Position numbers and translations under genes: made by a program. This document shows positions 11,892-26,298 of a stretch of 64,000 nucleotides of DNA, in pieces. The notes below the pieces were generated by a model. It saw only the letters and a program-made list of their open reading frames with translations, did no database searches and had not been told where the DNA came from. Source of the stretch: the human T2T-CHM13v2.0 reference genome, Homo sapiens. The number at the start of each line of letters is the position of its first letter. The stretch's first letter is position 1. Location: assembly GCF_009914755.1 (NCBI RefSeq), contig NC_060945.1. One strand, given 5' to 3'.

Positions 11892-12752
11892 AGGTGGTTA
11901 GCCCTTTAATCCGCGGGAATTTTGTTTGGGGTTGTGTGAGATACGGGTCTAACGTTTTCTTTTTCAAATACGTAGCCAGTTGTCACATCATTTATTGAAA
12001 AAGGAATCTTTTCTCCACCGACTGACATGAAATGCTACCATCATCGTAAATAAAATTCCCGTAAATACTTGCTGTCTCTGCTGTCTCAGTCCTGACTCAC
12101 GGGCTGAGTTCTCTTTCTGCACAGTAGCACTGGCATTAACTGTGACAGCTTTACAGCAGGCTCCCTCCCCGAGGCCGTTCAGAAGCATTCCTCAGCGGGT
12201 CCTACACGTTTCCTCTCCCATGTCAAGTTTAGAAGCAGTGTCAAGACCCACAGCAGTCCTGCGGGAGTTTTAAGGGATGCACGGAGTTTATGGGGACAGT
12301 TTGGAAAATTGACATTCATGTGACTTAGAGTCCTACTACTTGAAAATGGATTCCAGCTCTCAACGAATTTAGAGCTTTGGCAAAATTTTTAAGATTTCTT
12401 TGATGTCCGATGTGCTCATTTCTTGGTTTGTTCTTGAGTATTTTGTGGATTTTTATGAAATCCACAAAGTTTTTGTTATAATGAATGGGACACTTTCCCA
12501 TAAAATGTTGTAATTCTGTATTGCTGTTTTAGTAAACACTGTTGATTGATGTATATTGATGTTACACTTGGTCACTTGTAATAGTTTGTCCGTTCATTAT
12601 TTTGAACTTTTTAGGTAAACAGTCATATAATTATGCAAATAATTATAGTTGTGTCTCTGCCTTTCTAATATTTATACTTTGTGTATATTATCATGTTGGC
12701 CAGGACTCAAGCGTCTTTCTCTTGTTTCTGACTAATGCGAATGATTCTAATG

Positions 12753-12977
12753 CAGGGGTTTCCAAACTGGTGGCCGGGGGGCCAAATCCAGCCAATGGTC
12801 TCTTCTTGTAAATAAAGTTTTATTGGAACACAGTTACACACATTTTTCTACATATTGTCTGATGGCTACTGTCACGCCACAGCAATGCTGTTAAATAGTC
12901 CAGACAGAGGCGGTATTGCCCGAAAAACCTAGAATATTCACCATCTGAGCTTTTACGGGAAAATTTGCTAATATCTG
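12753..12977. mobile_element. MER58A (hAT-Charlie)
   Basis: caggggtttccaaact...aaataaagttttattggaacacag...aaatttgctaatatctg; 8-bp TSD ttctaatg/ttctcatg. Confidence 0.85.
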
Positions 12978-13370
12978 TTCTCATGCATTAAATACAATGT
13001 TTGTTACAGGTTAAGGAAGTTTCTGACTATTTTTAGCTTTCTGAATATCTTGTGGTTGTGTGTGCTTTAAAATTAGGACTAAATATTAAATTTACCAGTT
13101 GCTTGTTAGGGGCCTATCTTTTGAGATGCCCAAAGTTTCCCTTTTTTAGTCTCTTCATGTAGTGAGTTGTACTAACAGATTCTCTAATGTTGAACCGTCT
13201 TTGCTTTCCGGAGATAGACTTTACTTGCTCCTGGTGGATTGGATTCTGTTTGTTAATACTTTTATTTTTGGGTAATTACATCCCTATTATAAATAATATG
13301 TCAGCATCATTGTGTGTAGATGTGTGTGTGTTATTCTTGCCATTAGTTTCTCAGGTTTTTGGTTAACTAT

Positions 13371-13768
13371 TGATATGGTTTGGATCTGTGTCCCCACCCA
13401 AATCCGATGTTGAATTGTAATCCCCAGTGTTGGAGGTGTGGCCTGGTGGGAGGTGGTTGGATCATGGGAGTGAATTTCTCATGAATGGTTTAGTACCTTC
13501 CTCTTGGTACTGTTCTCGCAATAGTGAGTTCTCGCGAGATCTGGTCGTTTAAATGTGTGTGGCACCTCCCTGACCCTCCTGCTTTTGCTCTGGCCATGTA
13601 AGACGCACCAGCTCCCCTTTCACCTTCTGCCACGATTGAAGGTTTCCTGAGGCCGCCCCGAAGGTTCCCATACAGCCTGCAGAACCATGAGCCAATTTAA
13701 CCTCTTTTCCTTATAAATTACCCAGTCTCAGGTATTTCTCTATAGCAATGTGAGAATAGACTCATACA
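13371..13768 (+). mobile_element. MSTA-type MaLR solo LTR
   Basis: tgatatggtttggatctgtgtccccacccaaat...gactcataca; 5-bp TSD ACTAT on both sides. Confidence 0.9.
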
Positions 13769-13869
13769 ACTATATATTACAGAATGAATTGTGATACTTT
13801 TGTCTTTGTCTGTGCCTGGAAATGATAGTAATTCTTAGTAAAAATTCACCTGTATCAAGTTCTTCCTAT

Positions 13870-14075
13870 TGCAACAAACACAATTCTATATATTTTACAT
13901 GAGTTAAGTCCTTAACCTGGAAGTCATCCCTGTGAACTAGGTATTGCTTTCGTGTCCATCTGACAGATGAAGAGGCTGAGAGTTTAAGTAGTCTGCCTAA
14001 GGTCACCAGCCATGGGGGCGAAGATGGAATTTGAACTGAGCCGTTGGCCTTCAGAGGACAGGTTCCTAAACGGTC
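13870..14075 (-). mobile_element. MIR SINE
   Basis: Core acagatgaagaggctgagag...ctgcctaaggtcac...ggaatttgaac. Confidence 0.75.
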
Positions 14076-14256
14076 ATTCTGTCTCTCTGTTGCAGAGATC
14101 AGTCCTGCATATTCCTGTAAAAAACTGCCTGAGCTTGGTGCTTTTTTAAAGGATATCATTTGACTACTTTTTTTTTTTTCTGTTTCCTGCCCATGTCCCA
14201 TAGGGCTAATCAGATTTTCTATTTCTACTTGAGTCAATGTTATACTTTATATTTTC

Positions 14257-14562
14257 ATTTTTGTTGTTTTTAAATGTTACACTATTTTTTGAGATAGAGT
14301 CTCGCTCTGTTGCCCAGGCTGGAGTGATCTCTGCTTATTGCAACCTCTGCCTCTCAGGCTCAAGCAATTCTCCTGCCTCAGCCTTCTGAGTAGCTGGGAT
14401 TACAGGTGTGTGCCACCACACCCGGCTAATTTTTGTATTTTTAGTAGAGATGGGGTTTTACCATGTTGGCCAGGCTGGTCTTGAACTCCTGACCTCAAGT
14501 GATCCACCTGCCTCGGCCTCCCGAAGTGCAGAGATTACAGGCATGAGCTACTGTGCCCAGCC
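14257..14562 (-). mobile_element. AluS
   Basis: Antisense Alu dimer; 15-bp TSD atactttatattttc at 14242-14256 and 14563-14577. Confidence 0.95.
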
Positions 14563-15131
14563 ATACTTTATATTTTCTAAGAAAATCATCTGTTTAACCT
14601 GGCTTTTAAAATGTGTCAGTATAAGCCAGAACATGGTGGTTTTATAATTGAAAAAACCTAGTGTCTGCCTGTGTCTTCCCCGAGGTCTTCTGGGTGGAGA
14701 CTGGGAAGCAGGGGCCAGTCCACAAACACACCTCATGTTACCGTTCCCTGTAGGAACCCTCAGCTCTGTGGCCATCTCAGATTAACATCCACTCCTCCTG
14801 CAGAATTTGAAAGGAGAGTTGCTATCACCAAATCCCTTCAGGTCTCAACATTTACCCAGGTTACCTTGATTCCAGAGATGGCTCTTAACTTGATTTCTAT
14901 AAACCAGTAGAGAATGTGTCTGATGGCACAGAGGAAAACACTGTCAACACGAAGTTCCTGAACAGTTTAAAGAGATGACACAGATGTTTTTTAAAGTAAC
15001 CCATCTAAATCACTGGAAATGCCCCTTTCTCCCTATTTTGTCAATGGATGGAAATGTGTTGAGAAAGGTGCTTATTGTAAGAGAAACAGAACAGAATTAA
15101 AGCTACTAATACCAATTCAAAATTGGGGAAT

Positions 15132-15458
15132 GGCTGGGCGTGGTGGCTTATGCCTGTAAGCCAAGCACTTTGGGAGGCGAAGGCGGGAGGATTGCTTGAG
15201 CCCAGGAGTTCGAGACCAGCCTGGGCAGGATGGCAAGACCCCGTCTTTACAAAAAAAATTTTTTTTAATTAGCCAGGGGTGGTGGCAGACAACTGTAGTC
15301 CCAGCTACTCAGGAGGCTGAAGTGGGAGGATGGCTTGAGCCGAGGAGGTGAGGGCTGCACTTTTAATTTTTTTTTGTTTGCTTGCTTGTTTGAGATAGTG
15401 TCCAGCCTGGATGACAGAGCAAGACCCTATCTCAAAAAAAAAACCCACAAAAAACAAA
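15132..15458 (+). mobile_element. AluJ-like with internal replacement in the right arm
   Basis: ggaggattgcttgagcccaggagttcgag (J diagnostic); T-rich insert at 15361-15402. Confidence 0.92.
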
Positions 15459-18400
15459 ACTGGAGGAAAATCCAGAAAAGTAGGGGACATCAACAATCAA
15501 CACACTGTAAAACTGTCATCTCAAACACGGTAATGTGTGCGTGCCCCTCGCTGGGGCTGAGTGTGTGTGACACTGCGCAGGCTTACAGGCCCCTGCACGT
15601 TTCGGCGTCTGTCCTCTGCGGATGATAACGTGCTCCTGCCGGAGCCGCTGGGGCGGTGTCTGCACTGGGAGGAAGCCCGTTGGGCTGTCATCATACCCTG
15701 CTCTGTGGGAACCTTCCAGACGAGACGGTCACTTCGGGGCAGACATTTCCTAAAGGGGCTTAGAATCAAAATCCAGGAATAAGGACATGGAATGCTGAGT
15801 GGTTTCACAACCAAAATAGAGTTTATGTCAATATTGAATATTAAACGACAACAATTAAAGCCAGCCGGGACTGAACAGCTGCCAGTGCGCAGCCTGGGTG
15901 GGGGCTCAGGACAAGGGGCTCTTATGGAGCCCCTCGAGACCCCCAGGAGGTGGACACTGCCCCCAGCTCTTGGTGGAGCCCTTGGGCTGCAACAGCAGGA
16001 ACTGAACCCCAGGGGCTTTGGGGTTAAGAGAAGAATGTCTGGACGTTAGCGGCAAAAGCAGGCGGGTGGGGCAGTGAGCACAAGCGGGGGTGCCCCTGAT
16101 ACTGGCTACCCCTCCACATCTATCTCTGTCCGGGTCTGCCTCTGTCCTCGGCACACGGCACGCGCTGCTCCGGGGGCGGCCGCGCCACAGGTGAGCGGAA
16201 CACGGTTCGAGGAAGGTGGGCCGGGCACAGGGCGGCCCGTGGTTGCAGGTACCAGAGCTTGCTGGAGCTGGCTGGGCTTTGAGGATCAATCACCTGGTTC
16301 TGCAGATGTAGAAGTATGTAAAGTAATCAGCACTTTCACCAGGGCAGGACTCGGATCCAGGCCAGCAGCTGCCCAGCCCAAGGCTCCTTGCACCACCGTG
16401 TGAGCCACATACTTTCCGGATAGGAGAAGGTCCAGAAGGTGAAGTCTGCGCCCAGGACCTGCAGAGGTGAGAGGTGAGAGGTGAGGGTCAAGCATTCCAT
16501 ACCCCGGGTTCCCTGGGGCCCCGCCCCTCTGCACAGTGACAGTCGTTTGGGAGAGGTTTCCCACAGCTGGCCTTCCCTTCAGACCACTTGAGACTCCCAT
16601 CGATGGAATGTTCATCCTCTAACTGCACAATTTTTTGCAAACCACAACTTTCTATCTTAATCTCATGAAACTGGGAATCCCAGACCATGAGAAAGTCAGG
16701 AAATGGCTTTGAACACCGGCAGGCGCTGCACAGCGCTGGGGGAGGGGGACGAGCCTGGGAACTGTCTCTGCTGAGGATCTCGGCCCCACGTAGCCCGTCC
16801 TTCAGACCCTCATGCGGTTCATCCCCTTCTGTGGCTCTTTTTCGGAGCCCCCCTACCCAGAACGTCCCACCCCAAGGCACGCAGTGGGTGCCCCTGCGGG
16901 GTCTCAGGCAGCTCCTGACTTCCAGTGAGTCCTGGGCGCCGCCTGCAGGAGGTGAAGACGCCAGGACCGTCGCTCGGGCCTCTCGGGTGGCTCTCGGGTC
17001 AGAGGGCCGCCCTACACCCTCACCTGTCCCAGAAGCCCCCCACACCCGCAGCTGTCCACTCCCCTCCGGGGGCCTCTGCTCTTCCCCTGCTGCCTCCCCC
17101 AGGACTTGCTCCTCCCTCATCCTCCATCCTCCTCCGCCTCAGCATCCCGTTAGCTCAACACCACCCTTCAGCACTGCTCAGCCACAGGCAAAGCAGAGTA
17201 AAACCCGAAACCGCCCCGAGATCCCCACGTCTCCAGTCGGACCCTGCTTCCCGGAGCGCCGCCCCCGCCTGCTGCCCGGTGTCACCCGCCTCGTGCCACC
17301 CCCGTGGCCCCGGCCGCCCCTGAGGCTCCCCAGGTGGGGGGCATGTGGCCGCCTCCCTGTTTTCGCTGTGGGTGATCCTGTGACTTCATCCGCCCCAAAC
17401 TCGCCGGCTCCTTGGCAGCAACTTGATTTGTCTTTTGTGGGGCAGGTGCTCTCTTCCCCCACGTGGGTCCTGCTCTCTGTGGCCTCCCTCGAGGTCACCT
17501 GCAGGGGCCTCTGTAGGTTGCATTGAGAGGGGCCTGTGGGTCCTGCCCCCCATCCGACACTGAGCGTTGTAGGACTCACATCGGGGAGCCCCTGCCACGT
17601 TTAGGCCTCACAGCAGCCCTGGGGGTGGACGGGTCCCACAGGTTGGCCACAGCCCCCCAGTGCCTCCCTGTGAGCCATCCTGACCGCCAGAAGGCCCCCG
17701 GTGACACCAGCACAGTCTCCCTCTGGGTTCCCACACCCAGGCCACAGGGCACTCAGGGGCAGGCTCGGCAGGGAGTCTAGTCCAGGAATTGGTACCGACT
17801 TTTCCTGGCTTCTCGAAGGTTCAGCTCTGGCCAGGGTCAGGCCCAGGAGGCAGAGCAAAACCCAAAGCTCCCTGAGACCCCCACCTTTTCTGACGGGGCC
17901 CCCGGGGACCTCGGGGTATGGAACGCTTGACCCTCGCCTCTGCCTCTTTTGAGCTGCAGTCTGGGGCAGGTGTGCGCCTCCCCGCTCAACCCAACAAGAG
18001 GCTGATCTAAGCCCCGGCCCCATGCGGGGCTGCATCCCTGCAGCACGGACCAGATGCAGTCCTGGCTGTGCCCGGCACCTCCCATCTCGCAGCTGAGGGT
18101 AACCAGGGTGGTGTGGGGCTTGTCCCAGGGCTGGCGGTTGCTGAGGAGAAGGGACACACGTGCTGACTGGGAAATGCAGGCCCGGCTCTGACGGCGAGGT
18201 CCGGGTTGCGGTTTCCACGTCTTCGTCACGAAGCCTCGAAGTGCTGCCTGTGCTTAGCAGTGAAAATATTTACTTGGAGATGTTCAGTTTCACAGAAGCC
18301 AGGAAGGGGCGGGGGTGGTGCGGAAGCATTGTTCCCCAGAGCACGCGGGAGGCGGCCCAGCCCTCAGCCAGGACGCTCCCCCACCTCACCCTCGCTGGGC

Positions 18401-19578
18401 TGTGGCCCTGGGGACGCCACCACTGGCCTCACACCGTGGAGCGTGGATAGGCCGCTCTGGCCTGTCTGCAGGGGAAATGGCTGTCACTTCCATCAGAGAT
18501 GACGGACACAGCAGGGCCTGTCTCTGCCAAAACCAGAGTCGAGGCAGTCCCCGGCAGCCGGTGTATGGGGAACCCCTCAGCTTCCGTGTGGAGGGTCAGG
18601 GAGGCTGGATGGCTTTTCCTTCCGTTCCTGTAGGCCCGAAGCCTTCCCCGGATGCACTCATGACCGGGGCCTGGCCAGCAGGCGTCCGGGAGTCAGCGGC
18701 TGCTTGGGGAACCAGGGCCCCACTCACACGCGGGAAGGTGATGGTGGCAGGCAGACTGGTAGCTGAGAGCGAAAGGTGTGGCGGGATCCGCCTGGCTGCT
18801 GCTGGAGCCCCAGGCTCGTGAATCGCCTCTGCGTCCCGTCCCCTGCGTTGGGCAGCTTCACCTGCTCATCCTGCTCGGCCTGGGTGTTTCTGCTCCTAAG
18901 CGCCCCCCTCACGGTGGTCTTGGGAGGCTGATGTGAGAGATCCCCGCTGGCTGCAGTCTCCAGGGAAGCCGGCATTCGGGGCACACGGAGGTCCTGCCTT
19001 GGTGCCCAGCCTTGGGACACCCCACAGTGAATGCCTCCTCTCCACGGTCTCCATGTCCCTGAGCTCCTGCTTAGGCCCCCAGAGCTGGCACTAAGGGTGG
19101 ATGCAGCAGCTGGTGCACATGACAGGGACGGCAGAGCCCATCCGAAGGGACATGCCACCTGGAAGCCACCTGCACCGGCTCTGTCTGGTGTCTGACGTGG
19201 GAAGGACGTGCTGGAAGCCCATGGGTGTGTGGGAGGCCCGGGCCTCGAGCCATGTCTTGGTGCGTGTCGGGGGGACGTGTTCTGTGAAGATGCCGCAGCT
19301 GCCTCACCTCCTTTCCATGTGCGGGGATGGGTGGGCAGCGTCCTTGCCAGGGGTGTTCCCGGCAGAGGGAGGAGAGCATCACCCTTGGGCCAACACCGCC
19401 ACCAGCAGCGGCCGGACCATGGAGCTGAGCATCAGCTGGACCCAGGGCAGCGAGGGGCTGTGGGCGGCACCTGTGCAGCAAATGTCAGCACCTGGTTATG
19501 AATGATGTTTAACGACAGAAGTGTGGTCACAGCGAATTCATCACCCTTGGAATTTGAGGCATGCTCTGTCCAGCGCAG

Positions 19579-19935
19579 TGTCAGGGCTGAGTGGGGCCCC
19601 CAAAATCCATATACTGGATCCTCAACTCCCAGGACCTCAGAGTGGGACTGGATTTGGAGGTGGGGCCTTTAAGGAGGTGATTACAGTAAAAGGGAGTCAC
19701 TGGGGTGGCCCTGTCCAGTCTGACTCCCAAGAAGGAGATGAGGACCCAGAGCGCACAGAGGGGCCCTGGGAGGGTGGGAGGAGCCATTGACTGCCAGCCA
19801 GGGGGGTCCCGGAGGCCCTGGCCCCGCAGCACCTGGACAGTGGGCCCCACCCTGCAGGACTGTGGGAGAATCGATGTGGGACGCCAAGCCCCCGTTCATG
19901 GTCCTCCGTCCCAGCTGCCGAGCAGACTAATCTGA
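19579..19935 (+). mobile_element. MLT1 (MaLR) LTR, GC-shifted
   Basis: atttggaggtggggcctttaaggaggtgattacagtaaaa...gcagactaat. Confidence 0.7.
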
Positions 19936-20785
19936 CCGCAAGGTTTGGGCCACACTGGGCTGGGCTCGGCTCGTTATTGGTCAGCCCTTGGGCACTGTGA
20001 GTTCAGCCAGAACTGCCTCCCACATCAACCATCTCCCTGTAAACACGGACCCTCGGACAGCCCTTTCCTGAGGCATAATCCCACCCTTCAAGGTAGAGCC
20101 CTCAAGGGCGTTCCCACCTCAGCAACTCCCCCAGCCATCACACCAAACATAGCCCAGACCAAAGCCAGACGCTCTCTGAGCTCCAAGGACCGGCTTGGGC
20201 CCACACCTTCCCACCATGTTTACCCCTGCTGGTGTCATCTGTTCAGTTCCAGCCAGACCACAGGGCCTCTCACCTTCCCTCCCACTGTGGCTGCCATCCT
20301 CTGGCCTGGACCGTGTCACCCTTCCACCCTCCTGGCTGAGCTTGCCCACCTTCTTGGAACGCTCTCACAAGCCCCCCTGCCAGAAGGCTCTCCTCTGGAC
20401 CACCTGACCCCACAGGCCCCTCCGCTGCTCCCCTGGCCACACCTCTCCGTGAGGCTGTCCATCTGTGGCAGCCGTGGTGTGGGTGAATTTCATCATGCTG
20501 ACACTCCTCCACACCTGCTCCGTGCCTGGCAGTCATGGTCCAGGGGCTGGATGCCCAGGGTAAAGTGGGGAAGAAGGTGATAGGCACCCAGCCACATGCT
20601 CCGTGCCCACAGATCCCTGGGGCCAGCCAAGCTGCAGGTGCCCTCCCTCAGGTGAGAGTCCACTCGGCCTTGTGATTCCTACAGAATAGCCCTTCTCTCC
20701 TTCTCCTGTGTCTCTCCAGGGGCCAGGGAGGAGATGCTAGGGGCAGAGAGCCAAGGTGGGGTCTCAGCCTGGGAGCGATGGCACT

Positions 20786-21157
20786 GCTGTGGTTTCAATG
20801 TCTGTGTTCCTCCGAAATCCATGTTGAAACTTAATCCCCAGCGCAACAGTGTTCAGAGGTGAGGCCTTCGGGAGGGTTAGGCCGTGAGGGTTCCACCGTC
20901 AAGGGTAGGATTAGAGCCTTACGAAAGGGCTGTCTGACTGGCCAGGCCCCTTTTGCCCTCCTGCCTTCTGCTATGAGAGGACACAGTAACAAGGGGACCA
21001 CCTTGGAAGCAGAGAGCAGTCCTCGCCAAACACCAAACCTGCCGGGGCCCTGGTTTCAGACTTCCCAGACTCCAGAGCTGTGAGCAGTACATTTCTGCTC
21101 CTTATGAGTCACCCAGTCACAGGTACCTTCTTACAGCAGCACAAAGGGGCCACGGCA
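20786..21157 (+). mobile_element. MSTC/D-type MaLR LTR
   Basis: tgctgtggtttcaatgtctgtg...atgttgaaacttaatcccca...gacttcccagactccagagctgtgag. Confidence 0.8.
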
Positions 21158-21239
21158 GCCTGGGACCGCCCAGCCCCACCATGCTTCCTGCAGATGCGAG
21201 CAGCCAGGGTGCCAGCCACACAGGGTGCTTCTCGCTTTT

Positions 21240-22290
<1,051 letters not shown>

Positions 22291-23544
22291 TTTCTTACTT
22301 TGCAGACGCACGCACACACACATTTCATCTGCAGATTCTTCTACCTATTTGTATTGGGAACCCTGCATTCCGGTGCTACCGAGGTGAATCTAATACCGTG
22401 TGCGCCGCTGTGGCTGCCGTCCTCTCTACATCGCACCTCCCGTCAGCCCCGCCGGCCTCCCTGCATGTGCTCACGTGCTCGGTCTCCTGTGCGTAACCGG
22501 TCTTCTGACCCTTGGGGCTCAGACCGGCCTAGAGGCTGCGTCCCCTAAAGCTGCCCGCTGTCCTGCTCCAATACCTCCTCCATGGAGCCCAGACCCCCAC
22601 CGGGCACCCTCCCTGCCTGCGTGGGAAGGAGTGGGTCTTTCTGAATTCAGCTTTCTCTGAAATGAGGGTGGAGTCTCTGGTGGAAGGGGGGCCCTCGCTC
22701 TGCCGCACCCTCTGCGGGAGGGAGCGGTGAGGTGCAGGCTCTGCTGGTCCTAGGGCAGCTGTGCTCAGGCCAGGCAACAGAGGAAGGGGTGCCTACAGAG
22801 GCTGCAGGGTACCTCAGGCCACCCTTGCTGCCCCATCCTCAGGTGACATGGGGAGGACCTCGCAGGGAGCCTGGCTGGTCCACTGTCCCTCCTGCTTCAT
22901 CTCTCACTCAGGCCCTAGGACTCTGCCCCAGCCAAAGCTAGCGTGGGCGATTCATGGCTCGCCGCTGCGGCAGCTGAGCACCATCAGAAGTGACCCCATT
23001 TGTGACTGTCTTGGCCTGAGAATGTTCCACGAGTGAGAACGTGCCCCTCCCTGCAGCCAGTGTCCCAGACTCCCCCGCAGCCCAGGCAGGGGCTGGGCTC
23101 GGGCGCTGACGCAACAAGGAGAGCGCTTGTCTCCGGGCAGCCAGGCGGCCAGACAGCCGGTCCACTTAGCTTCGCTGCTGCGGCCACAGCTGCCCATGGC
23201 ACACAAAGGGCCCTTGTTCCCACCCAGCATGTGCTCCCGGCGCCCCCCCACCGACCTCTCCCGGACATGATTAGGTGTGGGAACTATTTTCCTTAGGGCT
23301 GCATTTGACATTTGCCGTTCATTTGGGAGGAGGCGTCTGAACCGAAGGAGCCCTCGCCAGCCTCCCCTCCCATTCCCATCTCAGTGCAGGAGGTTTAGGA
23401 GCAGGCGGCCCTGACATGCCTGTGACCCCAGACGGGCCTGTGCAACCCAGGCCTTCGTTGCCTTCCACTCAGAACAGGAGAGTCTGGCCCAGGAGGGCGG
23501 CGGGCAGAGAGGACGAGAGGAAGACGGAGCCGGGGTGCACAAGC

Positions 23545-24175
23545 ACACACATGCGTGCACGTGCAAATACACATCAGGGACACACGTGCACAGACATGCT
23601 CCAGGAACATGAACGCATGTGCAAATACACACCAGGAACACACGTGCACAGACACACTCCAGGAATATGCATACTTGTGCAAATACACACCAGGAACACA
23701 CGTGCACAGACACACTCCAGGAATATGCACGCATGTGCAAATACACACCAGAAACACACGTGCACAGACACACTCCAGGAATATGCATACTTGTGCAAAT
23801 ACACAGCGGGAACACACGTGCACAGACACACTCCAGGAATATGCATGCATGTGCAAATACACAGCGGGAACACACGTGCACAGACACACTCCAGGAATAT
23901 GCATACTTGTGCAAATACACACCGGGAACACACGTGCACAGACACACTCCAGGAATATGCATACTTGTGCAAATACACACCAGTAACACGTGCACAGACA
24001 CACTCCAGGAATATGCATGCATGTGCAAATACACACCGGGAACACACATACACAGACACACTCCAGGAATATGCATGAACAATACACCAGGAACATACGT
24101 GTACAGACACACTCCAGAACACACACAGATGGCAGATGTGCAAATACACACCAGGAATGCACACGTAGAAATGCA
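23545..24175. repeat. 58-bp minisatellite, ~10 copies, CACGTG in most units
   Basis: Unit gcaaatacacaccaggaacacacgtgcacagacacactccaggaatatgcatacttgt; period 58 (23621, 23679, 23737...). Confidence 0.95.
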
Positions 24176-24914
24176 CAAAAAGACGAAATGCTCTGTGTGG
24201 AACAGTGAAGACACGCAACCCATTCCCTAAGGACATTTACTCACATGTTCACGCCCACAGCCCAGCCGGCCAGCCCCAGCAGAGCTGCGGCCTCATGACA
24301 GCAGGGGCTTGCTGGGCAGTGGGACTTCAGGGTCTATCTCTCACCTGCCCCACTCACGGGCTGCCCGTGCCCTACTCTCGTCCTCGCACAGTGGGACCCA
24401 AGATGCATTTGGGCACAGCAGGAGGGAATGTCCTGGTGTGTGAGGAATGGCAGCCGGTGGGAGCTCCGTGAACTGCCTGGCCACAAACCCGCACTGGGAG
24501 CATTGTTGAAACTGCCCTCAAAACCACAGTTGAGAGCCGGGTGGGCCCTGGGAGTTTACAGTGTGCTGGGGCAGTGGGGAGAGCCTCTGATAAACACTGG
24601 AGGAGATTGCAAAATCGTGGGTCTGAAATGTGGAGCCGAAGTTCAGTTGTAGGCTGGGGCCTCCGGCGGGGCCAGAGTACCTGGGGCAGTGCCTGGCAGG
24701 CTGGGCTGGGCCTGGCGCTCTGTTCTTCCTGAGCCCAGGCTGCCATCTGCAGACAACTGCTGCCTGCCTGCTGTCTCGTGCCGCTGGGGGGCAGAAAGGG
24801 TCCTGTGGCACCGTGGGCAGGGTGGCGGCTGATCCCCTCTTCCCGCAAGGGACCCTTTTCCTGAAGTCCACGGCACTGGTGCCCCCCAGCAGCCTTGGCC
24901 CTCCTCCAGCTTAG

Positions 24915-25290
24915 CCGCCCCTACATCGTGTTTGACCCCTGGAGCCTGTGGATGGGACCCTGTCTAAGAGGGAGTCTTGTGGGTGAGGTGAGGTCAGGCT
25001 CTTGAGGCAAGGAGAGGGTCTGGTCTATTGGAGGGGGGACCTAGATGACATCTCAAGGGTCCTTAGGAGAGAGAAGAGAACAGGGCGCAATCCAGCCAAG
25101 GGACTCCGGGGCTTCCCAGAGCTGGAGGAGGCAGGAAGGATCCGCCTGGCAGCCCCTGGCGCCCCCTGGAGGGAGGTGGCCCCGTGACACTTTCCTTTCA
25201 GACTCCGGCCTCGGACCTGGAGAGCACATTTCTGATGCTGAAAGCACCAAGCTCATGACACTTTGTTACCACAGCCCCAGGACACATGCA
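24915..25290 (+). mobile_element. MLT1C/D-like MaLR LTR, GC-shifted
   Basis: agctggaggaggcaggaaggatcc...ttcagactccggcctc...ctttgttaccacagccccagga. Confidence 0.7.
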
Positions 25291-26019
25291 GACTCTCACC
25301 TTGACCCAAAGGAGCGTATTTTATTCAAATTTCACAAAACTGAGGACTAGGGGACATTCCAGCTGCTCAGAGAAAAGCTCGTCTGACTTATCTGTAGGAA
25401 GATGAGTTACCAGTGATGAGTCACGGCTTTTACCATTTCCAAAAATACCTGTTTTTTCCTGAACTTTTAGTTCTCTCTACCCTGATCAGAAAATTAAAAA
25501 CAAAACAACAACACTTCGTGGACCAGCCCCGACAGCTGCCGTTCTGTTTTCTCCAGGCCAGCGCTGAGCAGAGCCGAGGTGGGGAGACCTGGGCAGTGCC
25601 AGGGCTGGCCCTGCTGCTGCTTCCTGGCTTCTGGACGGGGCTTCCTCTTGGCTCAGGGCCGGGGAAGCCCAGCCTCTGAACAAAGTTAGGGTCAATATCT
25701 GCATCCCTGCCCTGGCCAGGCACCGCATCTCACATGGGAAAGACCTATTTGTCCTTAAATGGGAGAGGAGACGGAATCCCAGAAGGGGGCAGTGACCCAA
25801 CTAAGGTCAAAGGGCTGCCCCCGGGAAACCAGCCGCTTCTCATCCCCAAGGCAGCCTGCCCGCCCTGGAGAGCCCGGGATCCCCAGATACTGTCGACGAA
25901 AGGGGCAGGGCCTGTGAGCGACGCTGGCCTTAGGCCTGGACTGCAAGGGGTGGCCCTGGCTAGAGATGGGACTGCACACCCTTCCAGGCACCATCCTGGG
26001 TAATGGAGACACTCTGGGA

Positions 26020-26298
26020 ACACGTATGTGCACATGCACATGCTTACACACACATGCACACTCATGCAATTACACATGCATACACAGCCATGTGCACACA
26101 CACATCCATACACACATCCATACACATGAACACACATCCACACACATCCATACACGGGTGCACACACTTGCAGTCACACATGCACACACAGCCATGTGCA
26201 CACACATCCACACGTGTACACACATGCAAAACATGCATATGCAGTCATGTGCCCACACATGTGCACACACATATACACACATACAAGCCCCCACACAC
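26020..26298. repeat. Degenerate (CA/CATG)-rich simple repeat
   Basis: cacacatgca/cacacatcca iterations. Confidence 0.85.

Larger units (their letters stand above)
4006..13310 (+). ncRNA. LINC00205: Probable divergent lncRNA (boundaries approximate)
   Basis: Name and extent recalled from locus knowledge. Sequence support: bidirectional CpG promoter, G-skew on + from ~4130, pyrimidine tract + CAG acceptor at 8255-8256, donor AAG|GTGAGT at 9478. Confidence 0.45.
11270..14650 (-). mobile_element. Fragmented old L1M interrupted by MLT1, MER58A, MSTA, MIR and Alu
   Basis: T-rich antisense L1 motifs, e.g. tagccagttgtcacatcatttattgaaaa, taatgttgaaccgtctttgc. Confidence 0.6.

Noticed and set aside
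16200-21200. Recalled lncRNA LINC00315 in roughly this interval
   Set aside because: Exons could not be supported from sequence alone
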